Assembly (NCBI GenBank): GCA_947591175.1
Contig: CANQDB010000002.1
Span: 1 to 35,414 of the forward strand
Length of the DNA stretch: 35,414 bases
From: an uncultured Bacilli bacterium
GTDB taxonomy: Bacteria > Bacillota_I > Bacilli_A > RF39 > UBA660
Direction of reading: 5' to 3'
Position 1 is the stretch's first letter, and each line of letters starts with the position of its first letter. The notes beneath the pieces were generated by a model. It made no database searches, was not told the DNA's origin, and saw nothing but the letters and a program-made list of their open reading frames with translations. Positions 1-8,480 of the stretch are shown piece after piece. Position numbers and translations under genes: made by a program.

Positions 1-97
1 CTTCTGGCATTGATTTTACAAAGGTTTATAAGGACTATAATTATTCATCCCCTACAATCTAGTACACAGCGTAATTTTTAGCCAATAATATGCGAAA

Positions 98-117
98 GAG
101 ACGATAAAAATCGTCCC
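98..117 (-). terminator. hairpin just downstream of the spoIVB stop
   Basis: On the minus strand GGGACGAT-TTTT-ATCGTCTC pairs fully with one G-U, followed by TCTTTCG. On the plus strand the same position is an A-C mismatch, which favours minus-strand function. Confidence 0.4.
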
Positions 118-119
118 TT

Positions 120-1115
120 TTAATTTTCTCCTTCTTCGAGCATTGTCGTAATAAATATTCCATATCCTTTTTTAGCATCATTTACGATAACATGAGTTAC
201 CGCACCGATAATTTTACCATCTTGGATAATAGGGCTACCACTCATTCCTTGAACAATACCACCGGCTTCGTTTAATAAGCGTTCGTCGGTGATCTCAAAT
301 AAAATATTTTTTGTATCACTTTCTTTGTCGACCTTCAAGATATTAATTTTAAATTCTTCGACTGTCTCATCGTGAAGAACAGTTCTTATGGTTGCCTCTT
401 TTACTTGAACATCGTTAGGGTCACCTACCGCTATCGCGTCATTTTCATCAATTTGTTCACCATAAGTACCAAAGATACCTGATATTTCATTCTCTTTGAT
501 ATTACCGAAGACTTCATCTTTAAAGTATTTAGCTGTCTTTTCGCCAGGAGCACCATTTTCACTTTTAGTGATACTTTGAACACTTGACTTAAATATCTTA
601 CCATCTTTTATTTCAATAGGGATAAGGGTATTTTTCTCAGCTATTTCGTGGCCTAAAGCACCATAAATAAGCGAATTAGGATCGACGTACGTAAGTGTTC
701 CAATTCCACTTATTTGATCTTTGACAAATAAACCTGTCTTATAGACATCGTTATTGTCCTTGATTAAAGTTAATTCGGTAGTTTTTTCGTTATTGTTACG
801 AATAAAAGTCAAAGTAACTTTGTTATCTTTAACATTCTTAGTAATTGCGTCGACCATTTCACTTATAGAAGTAACTTTGGTATCATTTACTTTGATTATA
901 CGATCTCCTAATTCAATTCCTGCATCCTTTCCAATATACTGGTCATTTACTTTGTAAAATCCTACCACTAAAATACCATCGGAATTGATTTGGATACCGA
1001 TATTTTCACCACCCGGAATAACTTTTGATGAATAGGCGAGGACTTCTTGCGGGAATACTAATAATGCTAGTAAGATGAGAAAATGTAGTATGTGCTGTTT
1101 TTTCATCATTTTCAA
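120..1115 (-). CDS. spoIVB: SpoIVB-type sporulation serine peptidase (S55) with signal peptide and PDZ domain
   Basis: Has an N-terminal signal/TM (LHFLILLALLVF). PDZ-like GIELGDRIIKVNDTKV. Protease motifs GTLTYVDP..GALGH and GMSGSPIIQDGKIIGAVTHV. Confidence 0.85.
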   Translation of the reverse strand: MKMMKKQHILHFLILLALLVFPQEVLAYSSKVIPGGENIGIQINSDGILVVGFYKVNDQYIGKDAGIELGDRIIKVNDTKVTSISEMVDAITKNVKDNKVTLTFIRNNNEKTTELTLIKDNNDVYKTGLFVKDQISGIGTLTYVDPNSLIYGALGHEIAEKNTLIPIEIKDGKIFKSSVQSITKSENGAPGEKTAKYFKDEVFGNIKENEISGIFGTYGEQIDENDAIAVGDPNDVQVKEATIRTVLHDETVEEFKINILKVDKESDTKNILFEITDERLLNEAGGIVQGMSGSPIIQDGKIIGAVTHVIVNDAKKGYGIFITTMLEEGEN

Positions 1116-1135
1116 CTCCTTACAGACTACATTTA

Positions 1136-1142
1136 TAGTATG
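1136..1142 (-). promoter_or_regulatory. possible forespore sigma (SigF/G-type) -10 element upstream of spoIVB
   Basis: Minus strand reads CATACTA, matching my recollection of the SigG -10 CATnnTA, about 20 nt upstream of the RBS GGAG. No convincing -35 found. Confidence 0.25.
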
Positions 1143-1269
1143 TTATATTTTTTTGAAAATACTATCTGTAATGTTTACCATTCTTGGTATTTTTTTGAAA
1201 AATTTTAATTTAAATACTAGGAATTTGTTGTTTTTTATGCTATTCTTATAATAAGAGGAGTGATACAAA

Positions 1270-2088
1270 GTGAATGATAATATGAATTCTAATCTAAATG
1301 AAGGTCATAATGGGCCAGTTGTAATCCCTGCGGACGCCCTTAATGAACCTGTAAATCCAGTTTCTCCTGCTGCTCCTGCTCCAGTAGCACCAGTAGAACC
1401 TGAACCTGTGGCACCTAGTATGCCAGAGATGTATACACCGACACCTAGTAGTCCTGTTACTAGTGAGAGTGTAGTAACTAATAATGAAGTACCAGTGGAG
1501 CCTGTAGTAAATACTGTTCCAGTAAATCCTACTCCAGTTGAAGTTAGTCAACCTGCACCTGTTGAACCTGTTCCAGAAACACCTGTAGAAATGCCTACTG
1601 AACAAGTTGCACCTCAACCTGAGCCAGTTCCTCAAAATGTTACTGTAGAGTCTGCGCCTGGAACGACTGTAACAGTTACAGAAACTAATCCTACTCCAGT
1701 ACCTGATACCCAACCTGCTACAGAACCTGTTACACCAACACCTGAAACACCTACAAATCAAGCACCTCAAGCAACAAATCCTAACATTAACGTAACAGTT
1801 CAAGTTGATCATCCAAAAAAGAAAAAACATATTTTTAGAAAAATATTTAACGTTATCTTTACATTATTAGTATTAGTTATTTTAGCCAATACTATACTTG
1901 CTGTTTTAAACTTTAATCAATTAGCTAATAAACAAGATCCATATATCTTTACAGAAGTAACTGAAAAGGGTACAAAAGATGATGGAAGTACTTATACAGT
2001 ATATGGACAAGGTATCTATAAGATCGTTCATGAAATTAGAAAAAATAAAGATGAATCTTGGGCATTAAAGCCATTCTTCTTAAATTAG
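1270..2088 (+). CDS. hypothetical membrane-anchored protein with a long Pro/Val/Thr/Glu-rich N-terminal region
   Basis: GTG start preceded by AGAGGAG. About 180 aa of PVEP/PTPE-like low-complexity sequence, then KKKKH, one TM (IFNVIFTLLVLVILANTILAVL) and a C-terminal domain of about 65 aa. Upstream TTGTTG-16-TATAAT. Confidence 0.6.
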   Translation: MNDNMNSNLNEGHNGPVVIPADALNEPVNPVSPAAPAPVAPVEPEPVAPSMPEMYTPTPSSPVTSESVVTNNEVPVEPVVNTVPVNPTPVEVSQPAPVEPVPETPVEMPTEQVAPQPEPVPQNVTVESAPGTTVTVTETNPTPVPDTQPATEPVTPTPETPTNQAPQATNPNINVTVQVDHPKKKKHIFRKIFNVIFTLLVLVILANTILAVLNFNQLANKQDPYIFTEVTEKGTKDDGSTYTVYGQGIYKIVHEIRKNKDESWALKPFFLN

Positions 2089-2097
2089 GAGTTTTAT

Positions 2098-2508
2098 ATG
2101 TGGAAAGAGTTTAAAGAGTTTATTGCCCGTGGAAACGTCGTCGACTTAGCTGTCGGTGTTATCATTGGTTCTGCTTTTGGTAAAATTGTTTCATCGATGG
2201 TAGATGCTATCTTCATGCCACTCATCGGTATTATCTTAGGTGGAATCGATTTCAGTACGTTAACCTTAAAATTAGGCGATGCAGTAATATCGTATGGTTC
2301 ATTTTTACAAAATGTTGTTGATTTTCTAATTGTAGCGTTCTGTATCTTTATATTTGTCAAATTAACTAATAAACTTTTCCATCATAAAGAAAAAGCCAAA
2401 GAAGAAGTTAAAGTAGTTAAGAGCGATGAAGTATTACTCTTAGAAGAAATAAGGGATTTATTAAAGAACAATACTAAAAGTAATAAAAGCACTAAAAAAG
2501 GAGCTTAA
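2098..2508 (+). CDS. mscL: large-conductance mechanosensitive channel
   Basis: N-terminus [31 protein letters not shown] and length of 136 aa are typical of MscL. Confidence 0.93.
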   Translation: MWKEFKEFIARGNVVDLAVGVIIGSAFGKIVSSMVDAIFMPLIGIILGGIDFSTLTLKLGDAVISYGSFLQNVVDFLIVAFCIFIFVKLTNKLFHHKEKAKEEVKVVKSDEVLLLEEIRDLLKNNTKSNKSTKKGA

Positions 2509-2518
2509 ACTCCTTTTT
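2494..2518 (+). terminator. intrinsic terminator of mscL
   Basis: AAAAAAGGAG-cttaaa-CTCCTTTTT. The stop codon lies in the loop and a T-run follows. Confidence 0.7.
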
Positions 2519-2523
2519 AAATT

Positions 2524-2548
2524 TCAAAAAAATAAGGCTTTTAGCCTT
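2524..2548 (-). terminator. intrinsic terminator of the 31-aa peptide gene
   Basis: Minus strand AAGGCT-AAA-AGCCTT followed by TATTTTTTT. Confidence 0.6.
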
Positions 2549-2643
2549 TATCTCATAAAATTTGCTACAACCATAGCACCGAAAGAGAAAATCATTGCTA
2601 AAGCAAGAATGATAGACGTAATCTTTGCCACTTTTTTATTCAT
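2548..2643 (-). CDS. unannotated 31-aa hydrophobic peptide (MNKKVAKITSIILALAMIFSFGAMVVANFMR)
   Basis: Below the ORF-track threshold. ATG has a GAGGTG RBS 7 nt upstream. It has its own TTTACT-17-TATAAT promoter (2662-2690) and its own terminator. Single predicted TM. Confidence 0.5.
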   Translation of the reverse strand: MNKKVAKITSIILALAMIFSFGAMVVANFMR

Positions 2644-2661
2644 ATTAGACACCTCATTAAC

Positions 2662-2690
2662 ATTATAATAGAGATTTAGGAAAAAGTAAA
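2662..2690 (-). promoter_or_regulatory. sigma-A-like promoter of the 31-aa peptide gene
   Basis: Minus strand TTTACT, 17-nt spacer, TATAAT, about 18 nt before the ATG. Confidence 0.5.
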
Positions 2691-2703
2691 TTAAAAAATT
2701 CTT

Positions 2704-2731
2704 TCATAAATTAGATATTCCTTCATAAGGT
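2704..2731 (+). promoter_or_regulatory. possible SigE-type promoter of spoIIM
   Basis: TCATAAA-13 nt-CATAAGGT resembles my recollection of the mother-cell SigE consensus (ATA...CATACAnT). spoIIM is SigE-dependent in B. subtilis. Confidence 0.3.
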
Positions 2732-2752
2732 GTAGTAGGGTGAAAAAGAACA

Positions 2753-3382
2753 ATGAACGAAACATTACATAGTGCAAAGAATCATATTCAAAAACAGAAA
2801 AAAATATATCTTTTTCTAATAGTACTATTCACACTAGGTATCATCTCGGGGATTATCTATATCTTTCTATTATCCGATGTCGATCGAACCTTATTAGTAG
2901 AGGAAGTTTCATCTTTTTTTCAAAAGATGAAAACATGGGACAACCTTTCTTATGGCAGTAGTTTTGTAAATAGTGTTTTGAGTAACTTATTATATGTAAT
3001 AGGTGTCTGGCTATTAGGTATTTCGATAATTGGTTTACCATTTATTTTGTTTCTTTTGTTGATGCGAGGTTTTGTCTTTGGTTTTTCGATTGCTTCAATT
3101 CCTTCTATTTATGGTTTTAAAGGGGTTTTAGGGTCGTTCTTGTATCTTTTACCACAACAGATTGTTTTAGTGCCTCTTGCTCTTCTTCTAACGTTTCATG
3201 CAATGTCTTTTTCAATTAAGTTATTCTCGCACTTGTTTTTAAAGAAAAATATCAATTTGAAAGAAGCAATGCGATATTATTTAAAAACTTTACTTATTGC
3301 TAGTATCGGAGCAATAGTTGCAAGTCTTTTAGAAGTATTCGTGAATCCTTATCTTATTAGGTTATTTACCTCGTTAATTTAG
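2753..3382 (+). CDS. spoIIM: stage II sporulation protein M (SpoIIM/DUF95 membrane protein)
   Basis: Polytopic membrane protein of 209 aa. Segment NSVLSNLLYVIGVWLLGISIIGLPFILFLLLMRGFVFGF is typical of the family. Confidence 0.8.
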   Translation: MNETLHSAKNHIQKQKKIYLFLIVLFTLGIISGIIYIFLLSDVDRTLLVEEVSSFFQKMKTWDNLSYGSSFVNSVLSNLLYVIGVWLLGISIIGLPFILFLLLMRGFVFGFSIASIPSIYGFKGVLGSFLYLLPQQIVLVPLALLLTFHAMSFSIKLFSHLFLKKNINLKEAMRYYLKTLLIASIGAIVASLLEVFVNPYLIRLFTSLI

Positions 3383-3441
3383 AAAGGAAACCTTTCTTTT
3401 TTATTGTGTTTACGTTATAATTGTATCTAGGTGATGACGAA

Positions 3442-4548
3442 GTGAAAAAAGTAGTAATAGGGATGAGTGGGGGAGTAGACTCTAGTGTTGCCGCTATTCT
3501 TTTAAAAGAACAAGGTTACGAGGTAATAGGTCTATTTATGCGTAATTGGGATACTTCGGTTAATGGTGACATTTTAGGTAACCCTGATTTAAATAATGAC
3601 ATATGTCCGCAAGAACAAGACTATAACGATGCTTTAGCTGTTTGCGAAAAACTGGGTATCCCACTTCACCGTATTGACTTCGTCAAGGAGTATTGGGATT
3701 TTGTCTTCACTTATTTTTTAGATGAATTAAAGAAGGGGAGAACCCCTAATCCTGATATTATGTGTAATAAGTATATTAAGTTCGATTATTTTATTAAAGA
3801 AGCTAAACGCTTGGGAGCCGATTATATTGCAACTGGGCATTATGCTCAAATAATAGATGGACAATTATCAAGAGCAGTTGATCAAAATAAGGATCAAACT
3901 TACTTTTTATCACAACTATCGAAAGAACAACTAGAAAATGTTCTTTTTCCAATCGGTGGCATGGAGAAAAAAGAAGTTCGGGAGATTGCTCTCAAGTACG
4001 ATTTAGTAACAGCTAAAAAGAAGGATTCGACAGGTATTTGCTTTATTGGAGAAAGGAACTTTAAACAATTCTTAAAGAATTATCTACCTAATTTACCTGG
4101 AAGAATTATCAATATCGATACCAAAGAAGATTTAGGCGAACATATCGGTCTCATGTATTATACGATTGGACAACGTAGAGGCCTCGAAGTAGGGGGAACT
4201 AAGGATCGATTATTCGTGGTCGGTAAAGATTTAACTAATAATATTTTGTATGTGGCGGAAGGGGAGGATAATCCCTATCTTTATTCGGATAGTTGTCTAG
4301 TTGAGTCTTTAAACTTTAATTGTGATGAACGTCCTATCAAATGTACAGCTAAATTTAGATATCGGCAACATGATTATCCAGTAACAATAGAATATTTAGC
4401 TGACGGTAATGTTTTAGTTTCTTATGACCCAGTTAAGGCGGTAACTCCTGGACAAGCTTGTGTCTTCTATGATGGCGAAAAATGTATAGGTGGAGGTCTC
4501 ATCAAAGAAGTGCGTAAAGATGGACAAAAGCTTTGGTATTTATTGTAA
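3442..4548 (+). CDS. mnmA: tRNA 2-thiouridine(34) synthase MnmA
   Basis: PP-loop [12 protein letters not shown] plus MnmA-like sequence throughout. I prefer the GTG at 3442 (AGGTGA RBS 7 nt upstream) over the track TTG at 3421. Confidence 0.92.
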   Translation: MKKVVIGMSGGVDSSVAAILLKEQGYEVIGLFMRNWDTSVNGDILGNPDLNNDICPQEQDYNDALAVCEKLGIPLHRIDFVKEYWDFVFTYFLDELKKGRTPNPDIMCNKYIKFDYFIKEAKRLGADYIATGHYAQIIDGQLSRAVDQNKDQTYFLSQLSKEQLENVLFPIGGMEKKEVREIALKYDLVTAKKKDSTGICFIGERNFKQFLKNYLPNLPGRIINIDTKEDLGEHIGLMYYTIGQRRGLEVGGTKDRLFVVGKDLTNNILYVAEGEDNPYLYSDSCLVESLNFNCDERPIKCTAKFRYRQHDYPVTIEYLADGNVLVSYDPVKAVTPGQACVFYDGEKCIGGGLIKEVRKDGQKLWYLL

Positions 4549-4619
4549 AGTGAAATGTAAAGTTTACTATTGCAATATTTTGTAAAGATGATAAAATTAA
4601 ATTAGGAGGTCGGATAGCG

Positions 4620-5387
4620 ATGGAAGAATTAAATAATATTTTAACGGAGTTAGGAATCTCTAAGGTTCGTTTAGCAAAGTATTTAGGAGTTTCAAGGCAG
4701 ATGCTCTACAATTATTTGGGTCAAAAAAACATAAGTGAATGGCCTAAAGAAAAAGAGATGAAGATGTTATGCCTCTTAGGTGTTAAGGATGCTAGTGACA
4801 TTAAATCAATCAAAGTAGATGGCGAATATATTATTTCAGTTGAAGGTCGCTTAAACGAAGGTGTTAAGGATTTATCAAAAAGTGAAGTTTTAGCTGATCT
4901 TAAGGGTTTCAATAAAAAGGAACAAGAGCTTCTATCTGATTTGATTACTTTGTTAAAAGACAAGTTAGCCGATGATAAAACAAAAGAGACTTATACTTCA
5001 TTTAGATATTTGTATTATTTCCTCCAATCGATGGATACGACTAAGGAATTAAAGTATATTCTAGGTTACATGGTAAAATCTTTAGGTTTTGTCGATCCTA
5101 TGGAATTTGAGTTTAATGAATCACAACAATTTATTTTCGAAAGTATCATGTTTTCAGCTATGACACTATATACTGGCGGTGGTGCTTCGAAATCAAAGAT
5201 TGCCGATACTCATAAACGTTTTGTTCAAGAAATCGAACATAAAAAGGAAGAAAAATTAAGTAGAACTCAAGAGTTAAATACAGCTAAGATTCAAGCCTTA
5301 AAGGAACTTGGCTACACTTCGATTACCGAAGACAACGCTAAAGAAGTTCTAGATAAGATTGCTGAGATTCAATCTCGTAAAGTTTAA
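4620..5387 (+). CDS. hypothetical protein with N-terminal XRE-like helix-turn-helix
   Basis: LGISKVRLAKYLGVSRQMLYNYL is HTH-like. I do not recognise the rest. RBS AGGAGG upstream. Confidence 0.6.
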   Translation: MEELNNILTELGISKVRLAKYLGVSRQMLYNYLGQKNISEWPKEKEMKMLCLLGVKDASDIKSIKVDGEYIISVEGRLNEGVKDLSKSEVLADLKGFNKKEQELLSDLITLLKDKLADDKTKETYTSFRYLYYFLQSMDTTKELKYILGYMVKSLGFVDPMEFEFNESQQFIFESIMFSAMTLYTGGGASKSKIADTHKRFVQEIEHKKEEKLSRTQELNTAKIQALKELGYTSITEDNAKEVLDKIAEIQSRKV

Positions 5388-5396
5388 ACATAGTGG

Positions 5397-5420
5397 AGTA
5401 GGGGTGCCCTACTTTTTTTT
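5397..5420 (+). terminator. intrinsic terminator of the HTH gene
   Basis: AGTAGGG-gtg-CCCTACT followed by a T8 run. Confidence 0.7.
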
Positions 5421-5847
5421 GATATTTTTAAGGATTTATTAATAGATTTATTATAGGCATTTAATATATTTACCTATATATTTGTAATAATGCATTTTAT
5501 GGCTATTTTAGAGTTAAATTATAATAATTAAGTAAATATGTTATTTAGATACAAAGATAGCTATATGGCCCTTTTTTTAGGTCTAACTCCCCTATTATTT
5601 TTTTGATCAAAAAGAGTAGGGTCTAAAACAATTTTAGGTGATTAATTATCTATCTAATTAATTCTCGATGCGTTAGAATGCATTAAATATTAATTAGAGG
5701 ATGATATATAAATAAGTAAATCATAATTATAAATTTATATAAAACTTAGTTATAAATAATTATAAATATATGTTATATTATTGATAGGAATAAATTTAGT
5801 TATTAATCGAAGTGAAGAACTATCTATCTAAAATTAAAATATATTCA

Positions 5848-5875
5848 ACTTCGTATAATTAAGATTATGTTAACT
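5848..5875 (+). other. dif: dif-like XerC/XerD chromosome dimer resolution site
   Basis: ACTTCGTATAA-TTAAGA-TTATGTTAACT. Against B. subtilis dif as I recall it (ACTTCCTAGAA-TATATA-TTATGTAAACT) the left arm matches 9/11 and the right arm 10/11. The right arm also matches the E. coli XerD arm TTATGTTAAAT 10/11. It lies in a convergent ORF-free gap 2.6 kb from xerD. Confidence 0.7.
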
Positions 5876-5949
5876 TCTTATTAGAAACAAAATATCTTAT
5901 ATATACTCCTATTTATTACTATATACATCAATAATTATATTTAATAAAT

Positions 5950-5962
5950 ATTATACGAAGTT
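5950..5962 (-). repeat. perfect inverted copy of the dif XerC-arm (ATTATACGAAGTT)
   Basis: This is the reverse complement of AACTTCGTATAAT at 5847-5859. The arms are separated by 90 bp. The adjacent would-be XerD arm is degenerate (TTAAATATAAT). Confidence 0.6.
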
Positions 5963-5986
5963 AATAATCAATTTAATAATTTAAAT

Positions 5987-6021
5987 AAGTACCCTTTTTA
6001 TATTATATTGGGTACTTTTTT
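5987..6021 (+). terminator. orphan terminator-like hairpin in the ORF-free gap
   Basis: AAGTACCC-15 nt-GGGTACTT followed by TTTTT. No annotated gene lies upstream on this strand. Confidence 0.35.
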
Positions 6022-6097
6022 CTATATATTTAATTTATAGTCATTTATTCTACTTATATAGTTATATTTCTATATAATAATCTTAAGAAACAATCGT

Positions 6098-6120
6098 AAA
6101 AAAAATAGGGGACTCCCCTA
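6098..6120 (-). terminator. terminator of the lipoprotein gene, overlapping its stop codon
   Basis: Minus strand TAGGGG-AGT-CCCCTA followed by T8. Confidence 0.6.
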
Positions 6121-6561
6121 CTTGGTGGTAAATCTAATATTGTTGCTTACAACTCCCGAATAGAATATTAAACTGTAAGAATCTTCTTCAGGAACATCGT
6201 ACACAACCTGATACATGACTGTTTCGTTTGGTTCTAAAGTAAGAGTTTTATTATGATTTAAGTCCGTGTAACGTTTATCATTTATTTTAAAATCAAAGTT
6301 TTTATTAGAATCTAGAACTTGTTGTTCATTTGAATTATTAGTAATTTTGAATTCTAAAGTCAAATAAGTCTCATTTTCTGGAGTGACATCTTGAAAGTGA
6401 TTTGAAGTAAAAACATCGTTTAGAGAAATAGTATAATTATCGATTGTTGCTTCTTCATTTAGAAAAAATTCTGTTTTATTAGGTCCTGTCTCTTCATTGC
6501 AACCAACAAGCAAAAAGATGCCAAATGATAGACAAAGTACTTTAAATATTTTATTAAACAT
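6118..6561 (-). CDS. lipoprotein, DUF4352-like Ig-fold domain
   Basis: Lipobox LLVGC after a signal peptide. The beta-rich domain (TYLTLEFKITNNSNEQ ... LEPNETVMYQVVYDVPE) resembles the DUF4352 family. Confidence 0.65.
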   Translation of the reverse strand: MFNKIFKVLCLSFGIFLLVGCNEETGPNKTEFFLNEEATIDNYTISLNDVFTSNHFQDVTPENETYLTLEFKITNNSNEQQVLDSNKNFDFKINDKRYTDLNHNKTLTLEPNETVMYQVVYDVPEEDSYSLIFYSGVVSNNIRFTTK

Positions 6562-6615
6562 AACTTATATTCACCTGCATTTATTTTTAACCAATACAAG
6601 TATAGCATTATTCTT

Positions 6616-6651
6616 TAAAAAAGCCAAGTAGTATATTTCCCCTACCCGGCT
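6616..6651 (-). terminator. terminator of deoB
   Basis: Minus strand AGCC..GTAG/CTAC..GGCT interrupted stem followed by TTTTTT. Confidence 0.5.
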
Positions 6652-6656
6652 TTAAC

Positions 6657-7826
6657 TTATTTTAATTGTTCTAAGAAACTGGTACCAATTTCAGGAGTTT
6701 CAACTTCGAAATTCTCCGCAATAGTCGCGGCAATATCCGCCATACTTTCTCTTATATCTAGGCGATGTGGATCTTTAAAATCGCGACTGAAAAGTAATAC
6801 AGGCACATTTTCTCTCGTGTGATTATTACCTTGGAATGTCGGATCATTTCCGTGATCGGCTGTAATAATAAGCAAGTCGTCTGTATTTAGTTTATTTAAA
6901 ATCAAAGGTATTTCGACATCTAATTCTTCAATAGCATTGGCATAACCTTCGATATCTTTTTTGTGAGCATAGATTGAGTCAAAATCTTGTAAGTTTGCCA
7001 TACAAAGTCCTGTAAAGTTCTTTTCCATGACATCGGTTAACTTATTGATAACATCGATATTAGTTGTTGCTTTCATAGTTTTAGTAATACCTTCACCATC
7101 GAAAATATCGCTTATCTTACCGATTCCTATAACACTGTAACTATGATCTTTTAAAAAGTCTAGAACCGTCTTTTTAGGAGGTTTTACGGCATAATCTTTA
7201 CGTTCATTAGTAAATTTAAATTTACCTGATTTTCCCGTAAATGGTCGCGCGATAATCCGTCCTACTCGCCATTCCTCACGCATCGTAATTTTCCTAATTT
7301 TTTCAGAGTACTGGTATAACTTTACTAAGGGAATTGTATCCTCGTGAGCAGCAATTTGAATATTAGCATCCGTCGAAGTATAGAGAATTATTGAACCGTA
7401 CTGCATTTCTCGTTCGCCTAGTTCTTGTAGAATCGTTTGGGGGTCATCAACATACTTATTGCCAATTACTCTTCTTCCAGTGACCGCTTCGATAGCTTCG
7501 ATCATTTCTCTTGGGAAACCTGTTTCCGAAAAGTTCTTAAAAGGTACTGAGTTTTTAATACCTACTAATTCGTAATGTGCTGATAAACTATCCTTACCGA
7601 TATTGGTAGGACGGGCAACTGTATAATAAGCATCGACTTCTTCGTTATTATCCATGTATAAAGTATTTAAAAAACCTAATTTCTTTAAATTTGGAATAAA
7701 TAAATGACTATTATCTTTAATATGACCAAGCGTATTACATCCTTCATCGTGGTAGAGTCCAGCATCCCTTGCTTCCCCTACTCCCAAAGAATCTAAGACG
7801 ACTAAAAATATTCTTTTGAATTTCAT
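6657..7826 (-). CDS. deoB: phosphopentomutase
   Basis: MKFKRIFLVVLDSLGVGEA at the N-terminus and the ADHGNDPT metal-site motif. 389 aa. Confidence 0.92.
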   Translation of the reverse strand: MKFKRIFLVVLDSLGVGEARDAGLYHDEGCNTLGHIKDNSHLFIPNLKKLGFLNTLYMDNNEEVDAYYTVARPTNIGKDSLSAHYELVGIKNSVPFKNFSETGFPREMIEAIEAVTGRRVIGNKYVDDPQTILQELGEREMQYGSIILYTSTDANIQIAAHEDTIPLVKLYQYSEKIRKITMREEWRVGRIIARPFTGKSGKFKFTNERKDYAVKPPKKTVLDFLKDHSYSVIGIGKISDIFDGEGITKTMKATTNIDVINKLTDVMEKNFTGLCMANLQDFDSIYAHKKDIEGYANAIEELDVEIPLILNKLNTDDLLIITADHGNDPTFQGNNHTRENVPVLLFSRDFKDPHRLDIRESMADIAATIAENFEVETPEIGTSFLEQLK

Positions 7827-7853
7827 ACTTTTGCTCCTTTTCTACTCGTTTAG

Positions 7854-8480
7854 TTAACGAATATACATTTTAGCTTTTGGCATTTTGCTTTGAGCTTCTT
7901 TTTCAGTTTGGAGAAGCGTCTTAATTTTTTGTAGTTTATCTTCGCTTTGCGAAACTATTTGCCATGACGTATCAGATTTTTCTTCTTTTTTACCTTGTTT
8001 TTTAGAAAACTCCAACTCTTTAATTCGAGCAGTATCACTAACTTCTTCTTCCCTTAAACTTTCCATAACTTCATATAGGTGATCTTTTCTTGATTCTAGT
8101 TTACTTTTCCTATCTAACATTTTTTCAAGAGACATCGTAAGTTGGTTGTTAGCTTCATTTATTGCTTGTTTATACTCTTGATACTTGGATATTAAACTAG
8201 CCCCAATTCCTAAGGTAAAACCAAAAGTTAAAGGAAGTGCAAGATTTGATGGATAAAAACTAACTAATCCTGCCACCGTCTCTAGATAGACATGATTTTC
8301 AATAGTACTTATCATATTATTGGTTTTCGTATTTTTTTGTAAAAGTAATTCATTAAGCTGTCTATTCAAAGTACTTAAGGATCTTAAAGTTTCTCCTAAA
8401 TAACTTGATAGTTCACATCGAGCTTTAAATAGTTGATCTCTTTCTGTTGTAAGATAACGTAATTCGATAGTACTTTCCAT
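7854..8480 (-). CDS. hypothetical coiled-coil membrane protein, translationally coupled to xerD
   Basis: Its ATG overlaps the xerD stop (TAATG). It has a central hydrophobic hairpin (LVSFYPSNLALPLTFGFTLGIGASLI) flanked by heptad-like charged helices. Confidence 0.6.
   Translation of the reverse strand: MESTIELRYLTTERDQLFKARCELSSYLGETLRSLSTLNRQLNELLLQKNTKTNNMISTIENHVYLETVAGLVSFYPSNLALPLTFGFTLGIGASLISKYQEYKQAINEANNQLTMSLEKMLDRKSKLESRKDHLYEVMESLREEEVSDTARIKELEFSKKQGKKEEKSDTSWQIVSQSEDKLQKIKTLLQTEKEAQSKMPKAKMYIR

Noticed and set aside
1147-1207. Direct repeat ATTTTTTTGAAAA occurring twice, 42 bp apart, between spoIVB and the Pro-rich gene.
   Set aside because: It is a low-complexity A/T homopolymer context in a divergent promoter region, with too little information to call an operator.
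5716-5743. Second dif-like sequence GTAAATCATAA-TTATAA-ATTTATATAAA.
   Set aside because: Only the ATAA / TTAT core is shared, and the XerD-arm match needs an indel. This is expected by chance in such AT-rich DNA.
5847-5962. Resemblance of AACTTCGTATA / TATACGAAGTT to loxP arms, raising the idea of vector or engineered-site contamination.
   Set aside because: Only 11 of 13 arm positions match. The arms are 90 bp apart rather than 8. The left arm is part of a full 11-6-11 dif-type site, and the context is native AT-rich chromosome.
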